Assembly: GCA_963934255.1 (NCBI GenBank)
Contig: CAWVXU010000079.1
Span: 1 to 12,052 of the forward strand
Length of the DNA: 12,052 nt
Origin: an uncultured Fibrobacterales bacterium
Lineage (GTDB): Bacteria; Fibrobacterota; Fibrobacteria; Fibrobacterales; CAWVXU01
Direction of reading: 5' to 3'
Of the stretch, positions 7,115 through 12,052 are shown one piece after another; positions within the stretch are counted from its first letter, which is position 1, and each line of letters opens with the position of its first letter. The notes beneath the pieces are model-generated. The model ran no database searches and was not told the DNA's origin. It was given only the letters and a program-made list of their open reading frames with translations. The position numbers and the translations under genes are program-made.

Positions 7115-8962
7115 ATGGACTTTAATTTACACCAATTTCATATACCAGTTATGGGTACAGGACACTCAGTTGATACCCCGATCCGAGTTGCTTCTTTTGG
7201 TATCTCTTCAGTTATTTCTGTTGTGGATGATTTGTTACTTGAAAAGATCCGCAAGTATTATTGTGAAAAGTATGACTTTAGTTACAGTCGCATTGGTAAA
7301 ACTGATGAAGACTACCGAGCTAGGCGCACGACAGCTTATCTTGAATTAGTAGCAAAGGTAGTAGATGTTAAATTAGCAGCAGTCAAAGCTTTACCGTTCT
7401 TTCAAGATAATGATAAGAAAAAGTACTTTACAATGCTCCCAGATAACTCTCCTCTTAAGGTCGAGTTTAATGCGTTGATTGAATCCGGAAGCGACACTAC
7501 TAAAGAAGCTGAACTCACAGCTAAGATGGAAGCTGGATCCATAGATGCTAACATCATGGTCAAGCTAGATCGTTTGCAATATTCCAAAGATGGCGAGCCT
7601 CTGGATGAATCACTTTCCGATGCTCGCGCCGCTCTTCGTGGTTATGCCAAATCATCACTTTCATCATCTATGATTTTCTCTGCTGGTATCAATCAACCCT
7701 TATTTTCTGACATTGTGAATTACCCTGACTTTTATAGAAATGAAGCCGGTGTAATTAAAAAGAAAATTGTTCTCAAAGTTTCTGATTTTAGGTCAGCTCT
7801 TATCCAAGGTAAATTCCTTGCTCGTAAAGGTCTGGAAGTTTCTGAATTCCGTATCGAATCAGGTCTCAATTGTGGTGGTCACGCTTTTGCTTCTAATGGC
7901 CAACTACTCCCGACGCTACTGAAAGAAATTTCTGAAAACCGCCATAAGCTTCATGAAAGTGTTCTACCTCAGGTCGAGCGTTATTATAAAAAGCAGGGTT
8001 GGGACCTTCCTGCTCAAATCAATTGCATGCGAACTGAGCAACCAAAAATCACTGTTCAAGGTGGAATTGGTACAGCTGGTGAACAAGCTCGTTTAATTGA
8101 CCAATATCAACTTGATCGTTCAGGTTGGGCGTCTCCATTCTTGTTGGTTCCAGAGGCGACCGCCATTGATGAAACGACTCGTCAACTCGTTGCTAATGCT
8201 GGGGAAGAAGATCTTTATCTGAGTCCTGCATCTCCACTAGGTGTGCCTTTTAATAATGTCTATGGTTCGGGTTCTGCGATCTGGACTCAAGAGCAGTCTA
8301 AGACTGATCGCCCAGGTTCTGGTTGCCCAAAAGGTCATTTAGTTTCAAATACCGAATTTTCTAAAATCCCGATTTGTACGGCATCAACAGTTTATCAAAA
8401 ACAAAAATTAGCTCAAATTGCTGAGTCAGATAAAACTGAAGAAGTAAAAGCAGCTCTCACAGCCAAAGTGCATTTGAAACAATGTATTTGTGATCACCTT
8501 GCCAATGGAGCTTTAATTGAACTTGGTATTCAAAAGGAATCCCGTTCCCCTCAGTCTATTTGCCCGGGACCCAATGTCGCTTGGTTTAAGCGTTATTATT
8601 CTTTAGAAGAAATGGTCAACCATATCTATGGCCGTATTGATTCTTTAGTTCCCAATGAACGTCCACATATGTATGCTAAAGAAGTTTCTATGTATGTAGA
8701 TTATTTTGAGCAGCAGATTACAGCTTGTGAGTTCACTAAAAATGAAGTCGATACTCTTGACGCGTTTGTAGTCAACTTTAATGAAGGTGTTGAATATTGT
8801 TTTGAGATTGCTCGTGATAGCAAATCTTATGGCGACGAAAATCTTGACTCAATTTTGTCTGTTGGACAAGTTCAGCGGACTCGTTTTAATGGACTTGTCG
8901 CTCAGTTTGAAAAAGCGAAAGCAGATGCTGCAAACGCTGCAGATGCTGGTTTTGAAGCATAA
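7115..8962 (+). CDS. Conserved hypothetical protein, putative FMN-dependent TIM-barrel oxidoreductase (NMO/FabK/FabX-like) with a Cys cluster
   Basis: Motifs FHIPVMG, IESGLNCGGHAF, ITVQGGIGT, GWASPFLLVPEA, SPLGVPF, CPKG, ICTAS, CICDHL, ICPGPN. ATG 7115 is preferred over 7028 because AGGAG lies at 7105-7109 and the extension covers regulatory-looking repeats. Confidence 0.75.
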   Translation: MDFNLHQFHIPVMGTGHSVDTPIRVASFGISSVISVVDDLLLEKIRKYYCEKYDFSYSRIGKTDEDYRARRTTAYLELVAKVVDVKLAAVKALPFFQDNDKKKYFTMLPDNSPLKVEFNALIESGSDTTKEAELTAKMEAGSIDANIMVKLDRLQYSKDGEPLDESLSDARAALRGYAKSSLSSSMIFSAGINQPLFSDIVNYPDFYRNEAGVIKKKIVLKVSDFRSALIQGKFLARKGLEVSEFRIESGLNCGGHAFASNGQLLPTLLKEISENRHKLHESVLPQVERYYKKQGWDLPAQINCMRTEQPKITVQGGIGTAGEQARLIDQYQLDRSGWASPFLLVPEATAIDETTRQLVANAGEEDLYLSPASPLGVPFNNVYGSGSAIWTQEQSKTDRPGSGCPKGHLVSNTEFSKIPICTASTVYQKQKLAQIAESDKTEEVKAALTAKVHLKQCICDHLANGALIELGIQKESRSPQSICPGPNVAWFKRYYSLEEMVNHIYGRIDSLVPNERPHMYAKEVSMYVDYFEQQITACEFTKNEVDTLDAFVVNFNEGVEYCFEIARDSKSYGDENLDSILSVGQVQRTRFNGLVAQFEKAKADAANAADAGFEA

Positions 8963-9008
8963 TATTAACTGAGATTATTCATTCATTTGAATTTCATCAT
9001 TATTTTTT

Positions 9009-9040
9009 AAAGACAGACTCCCAAGGGGTCTGTCTTTTTT
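9009..9040 (+). terminator. Rho-independent terminator
   Basis: AAAGACAGAC-TCC-CAA-GGG-GTCTGTCTTT stem-loop running into a T6 tract, 46 bp after the stop at 8962. Confidence 0.9.
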
Positions 9041-9147
9041 GATTATAGTGAGGTTAATTTTTCAATTTATTCATCAGTGAATTTAATTTTGAATCACATA
9101 AAAAATTGAAAGTACATCATGCAAGAAATCCTCGAATAAACATATTG

Positions 9148-9318
9148 TCAAAACACTATTCTTGAATGGGTGACTGCTTTTAGTTTAAAGTATTGACCAT
9201 CATAAGTAATGTCTGATTGAGTTCTTTGGATTGCAGCTTCACTGAGATTTTGTGAATATCCAAAATTCGTGAGAACCAAAAGACTAATCCAGGTAAAGTG
9301 ACTGATTGATCGAAGTAT
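9148..9318 (-). pseudogene. Truncated remnant of a secreted DUF1287/YijF-like gene
   Basis: The minus frame reads (ATA)LRSISHFTWISLLVLTNFGYS-QNLSEAAIQRTQSDITYDGQYFKLKAVTHSRIVF*. A signal-peptide-like segment is followed by AA..RT...TYDG.YF, as in DUF1287 N-termini. The expected YPxGDV...GVC continuation is absent and there is no ATG. Confidence 0.55.
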
Positions 9319-9414
9319 GAAAACTCTTAAGATTCTATGTGGCTTGATAATACTGACCCCATATTTAGATATACCAAGTTGTAGTATAAAAGAAAAGTAT
9401 CAGGTGTGATGAAG

Positions 9415-10284
9415 TTAAATGAGTCCTCGTTCTTGATGAATCACAAAGGCTCGTCCAGGGTGTTCCACCAGAAATGTTTCAATATTTCCAGTGTCTTGTA
9501 GCATCACATAAATACGTTTGCCATCAGGTCCACCGAATGCCACATTCGAACAATTTTTACCAGTGAGGGTTATTTCATGCAGGACCTCCCCAGAGTGAGG
9601 ATCTAATTTAACGATAGTTCCTTTTCCGTAACGAGTGGAGTAGAGGAAGCCTTCGGAGTCACATCTCATTCCGTCTAACCCGAAATCAGGAAATTCAATA
9701 AGTAATTTTTTATTAGAAAGTTTGGTGCCCTTTAAATCATACTTCCAAATTCGTTTTTGAATGGATTCATTAACGTATAGGAACTTTTCACAAGGTGAAA
9801 TTTCAATCCCATTTGTTGTGCCCATATGGCTTTCAACTAGTTCAAAGTCTTCACCTCTTGTGACCCATATTTTACCAGTATCATCAGCCCAGCAAGGGTC
9901 ACTAGCAAAGACAGCATCAGTTCGAGTGATACAGATATCATTGGGTTGATGCATTTCGTTGTTGTGTGCGAAGATGATAATCTCTCGGGTGACCATGTCA
10001 ACCGCAAGCACATTGTGGTTGGTGTAGTCGGCAATGAGCATTTTACCATCAGAGTGGAAGCGAATTCCGTTGCCGATTGAGCCATTGGGGAGTTCGACAA
10101 AAATAGAGCATGAGCCATCAGGGGTGACTTCGCCGATAGTTCCTTCATGATGGAAATTAACGCAATAGAGATTCCCATTAGGATGAACTGCTGGCCCTTC
10201 GATGCCATTTGTAAATCCACCAGGCGGGGTGAATATTTGTACTTGGTATAAGGTATCGACAGTCCCATGGGTGTTTTGAGTCAT
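9415..10284 (-). CDS. SMP-30/gluconolactonase/LRE family six-bladed beta-propeller hydrolase
   Basis: GIEGPAV, QPNDI, TNGIEISP..KFLYVNES, LDGMRCD..G.LY, CSNVAFGGPDGKRIYV. The metal-ligand set E/N/N/D is present. Confidence 0.92.
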   Translation of the reverse strand: MTQNTHGTVDTLYQVQIFTPPGGFTNGIEGPAVHPNGNLYCVNFHHEGTIGEVTPDGSCSIFVELPNGSIGNGIRFHSDGKMLIADYTNHNVLAVDMVTREIIIFAHNNEMHQPNDICITRTDAVFASDPCWADDTGKIWVTRGEDFELVESHMGTTNGIEISPCEKFLYVNESIQKRIWKYDLKGTKLSNKKLLIEFPDFGLDGMRCDSEGFLYSTRYGKGTIVKLDPHSGEVLHEITLTGKNCSNVAFGGPDGKRIYVMLQDTGNIETFLVEHPGRAFVIHQERGLI

Positions 10285-10285
10285 C

Positions 10286-10897
10286 TTAGGCTTCTTCTTG
10301 TTGATTGAGCCAGTGCTTCAGCGCTTCATTAATAAGGATTGAGAGGTCTTGGTGATCGTCAAGTCCGGCTTGGTGTATCTTCAAGCGTTTGAGGGTGTTT
10401 TTTTGAAAGCGGTAGGTTTTCCTTGGCCAATCATTGGATTCGGATTCGTTGGGTAAACTTGAGGGTCGACCAGGGCGTCGCTTCTTTAAAAATGGTTTAA
10501 TTTCAACTTGAGCTTCTTCGGCTGTGGGGATAACTCTGATATCGGTATCTTGGGAGGAGTGGGTCATTTGATTTAATGAAGCAGTAGATTGTTGATGTTG
10601 ACCTAGTTCATTAATGATTTCATTCCGAAGTATTGATTTTAAATTTTCAAGTTCATCAGGGCCTGTAACGGCTTGATTCCGAGCGAGTAATTCACGTTCT
10701 TTTATTACTTGAGAAAGTGGAGTTGTTACTCCTAGAGACTTGTCTTCTACAATCTCAATTTCATCACTATAATCAGGATTGAGTTCGTATTTATATCCAG
10801 ATAGTTCAGCTCTGCGTTCCTTGTTGATTCCGCGAGGGCCACTTCTTCTATCATCGTTTCTTGGTTTTAAGCCCAAGTTATCTTCATTCTGAGTCAT
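10286..10897 (-). CDS. Hypothetical protein with a C-terminal ribbon-helix-helix DNA-binding domain and AT-hook-like motif
   Basis: C-terminus PRKTYRF-QKNTLKRLKIHQA-GLDDHQD-LSILINEALKHWL fits the RHH strand-helix-helix pattern, and KKRRPGRP precedes it. RBS AAGGA at 10904-10908 (minus strand). The stop is 1 bp from the next start. Confidence 0.7.
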   Translation of the reverse strand: MTQNEDNLGLKPRNDDRRSGPRGINKERRAELSGYKYELNPDYSDEIEIVEDKSLGVTTPLSQVIKERELLARNQAVTGPDELENLKSILRNEIINELGQHQQSTASLNQMTHSSQDTDIRVIPTAEEAQVEIKPFLKKRRPGRPSSLPNESESNDWPRKTYRFQKNTLKRLKIHQAGLDDHQDLSILINEALKHWLNQQEEA

Positions 10898-11037
10898 AAC
10901 ATATCCTTATTTAGTATGTTTAAAATAATTAAAACTATCTGTGTTTAGTTGGTAAAAACATATTTAACATATTTTTATTGTTTACCATGTTTTTATGTTA
11001 ATTTGGCTAAACCGTTAAAAATGTTTAAATTGTTTAC
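10897..11037. repeat. Array of ten TGTT(T/A) motifs in both orientations, a putative operator or centromere-like site
   Basis: TGTTTA at 10917, 10942, 10979, 11022 and 11031. TGTTT at 10988 and TGTTA at 10996. Reverse copies at 10897-10901, 10956-10960 and 10965-10969. Confidence 0.6.
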
Positions 11038-11075
11038 TCATCAAAAAATTTAATGTGTTCAAAGTGGCTGTGTCT

Positions 11076-11633
11076 TCAGTCGTTTAGGTTTTTTAGCTGA
11101 ATTAAGGTCTTATTTCTTAGACGCTTAAGGCTCGCCTCTTGCTCCCATTTTTTATCACCCAATGAAACCCAAGCGAGTTCAAGTGATTCTTCTGAAATTT
11201 TGAACTCGGTGTGTGGTGCCTGTAAAAGAAATCGCACATCATAATGGAAGTGACTTGGTTCCAACTCACGTGCAGGGATCCTGTGACAATCAAGGTCTAA
11301 AATTTCGAGATACAGCATTTCAATGTTATCAATACCAGACTCTTCTAGCGCCTCATTCATACAGACTTCATAGAGATTTTGTTCTGAGTCAGCATGCCCA
11401 CCAAGCTGTAACCACCTCAGAAGTTTTTTATGGTGGGTCATGAGTCCAGATTGATGAGTTGGGTCAAGTAACATACAAGAACCTGTCAAGTGACCTGGAG
11501 GGTGGGAGCGCTCAAAGACATGGGGGCTACTGCTCAAGAATTCTTCAAAGGAATTGACTAATTGACTCTCTTCAGGGTGTTTGGATTTGTAGAGACTTAG
11601 GAGATGTTTGAAATTAAAACTTGGTAGAAGCAT
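11076..11633 (-). CDS. Nudix hydrolase
   Basis: FERSHPPGHLTGS, HHKKLLRWLQLGGHAD, Nudix box GGHADSEQNLYEVCMNEALEESGI, DLDCHRIP, HFHYDVRF. RBS AAAGGA upstream. Confidence 0.92.
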   Translation of the reverse strand: MLLPSFNFKHLLSLYKSKHPEESQLVNSFEEFLSSSPHVFERSHPPGHLTGSCMLLDPTHQSGLMTHHKKLLRWLQLGGHADSEQNLYEVCMNEALEESGIDNIEMLYLEILDLDCHRIPARELEPSHFHYDVRFLLQAPHTEFKISEESLELAWVSLGDKKWEQEASLKRLRNKTLIQLKNLND

Positions 11634-11882
11634 ATGTTTCCTTTATAATCAATTGAACTATTGGTGTTTCAAATCTGCTCAGGTGTCAATCATCCTCCGT
11701 ATCTTATTGAAACAAAAGAAATAATCAGAGCCTCTTGTAATGGGCCGAGGTTAAATGTAGGAAACTGATAAGGTTCTATTTTGGAGAAGAACAGCGGTTT
11801 ATAGTTTCAAAGTCAATGGATTTGAAATTTTGGCATTAATATTGATATTCATAAGAGTAACAGACTATCAATTGAGGTTCAT

Positions 11883-12052
11883 ATGTCATTACTTATTAAC
11901 AAAATTACTCGTCCATCTTTGACAATCAATTGGATGTCATCGAAATTGAAAATCCACCCGAGTTTATTCTATGTAGCTGGTGCAATTGGGATTTTGAGTG
12001 TCTTTCAACCAAGTCTAGGACAATTTGCGATGTTATTTTGGTTGGGCTCAAT
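11883..12052 (+). CDS. 3'-truncated membrane protein, possibly a site-2 protease (peptidase M50) N-terminus
   Basis: Not in the ORF track. RBS GAGGT at 11874-11878, ATG at 11883, open to the window end: MSLLINKITRPSLTINWMSSKLKIHPSLFYVAGAIGILSVFQPSLGQFAMLFWLGS. KIHPS followed by two hydrophobic segments resembles M50 N-termini, but HExxH is not visible in the window. Confidence 0.55.
   Translation, partial: MSLLINKITRPSLTINWMSSKLKIHPSLFYVAGAIGILSVFQPSLGQFAMLFWLGS

Noticed and set aside
8921..8948. GCAGATGCTG repeated twice at the end of the large ORF
   Set aside because: It is explained by the low-complexity ADAANAADAG protein tail.
9837..10268. 143-aa alternate-frame ORF inside the lactonase gene
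   Set aside because: It is fully nested in a gene with clear family motifs, is Ser/Leu/Met-rich as expected of an off-frame translation, and has no domain signal.
10273..10897. Adjacent genes both begin MTQN (ATGACTCAAAAC and ATGACTCAGAAT)
   Set aside because: Similarity is limited to four codons and does not extend, so coincidence is most likely.
10897..11075. Repeat region considered as a CRISPR array or plasmid iteron origin
   Set aside because: Units are only 5-9 bp with irregular spacing, there are no unique spacers, and no cas or rep gene is present in the window.
11720..11775. Possible riboswitch or ribozyme in the Nudix/membrane-protein divergent region (ATCAG...CTGAT enclosing AGCCTC/GAGGTT)
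   Set aside because: The stems are short, and I could not match SAM-I, c-di-GMP, c-di-AMP, purine or hammerhead consensus. An Infernal/Rfam scan would settle it.

Overview
AT-rich bacterial chromosomal window with ordinary housekeeping and signalling genes. I found no rRNA, tRNA, CRISPR array, transposase or integrase. In order: the 3' part of a large secreted beta-rich protein whose C-terminus resembles Fibrobacterota fibro-slime/FlgD-Ig-type proteins; a probable operon of a cytoplasmic PAS-HisKA-HATPase-REC hybrid kinase, an aspartate-less receiver (Asp replaced by Asn) and shikimate kinase; beta-carbonic anhydrase; a secreted, probably outer-membrane protein; a canonical single-domain receiver; a ~615-aa protein that looks like an enlarged FMN/Fe-S enzyme of the NMO/FabK/FabX type, followed by a clear terminator; a minus-strand cluster (Nudix, ribbon-helix-helix protein, SMP-30/gluconolactonase, decayed DUF1287-like remnant); and the start of a membrane protein at the right edge. 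The best leads are the RHH gene with a dense TGTT(T/A) repeat array directly upstream, the FabX-like enzyme, the pseudo-receiver and two unannotated gene remnants. All family assignments come from motif recognition by eye, not database searches.
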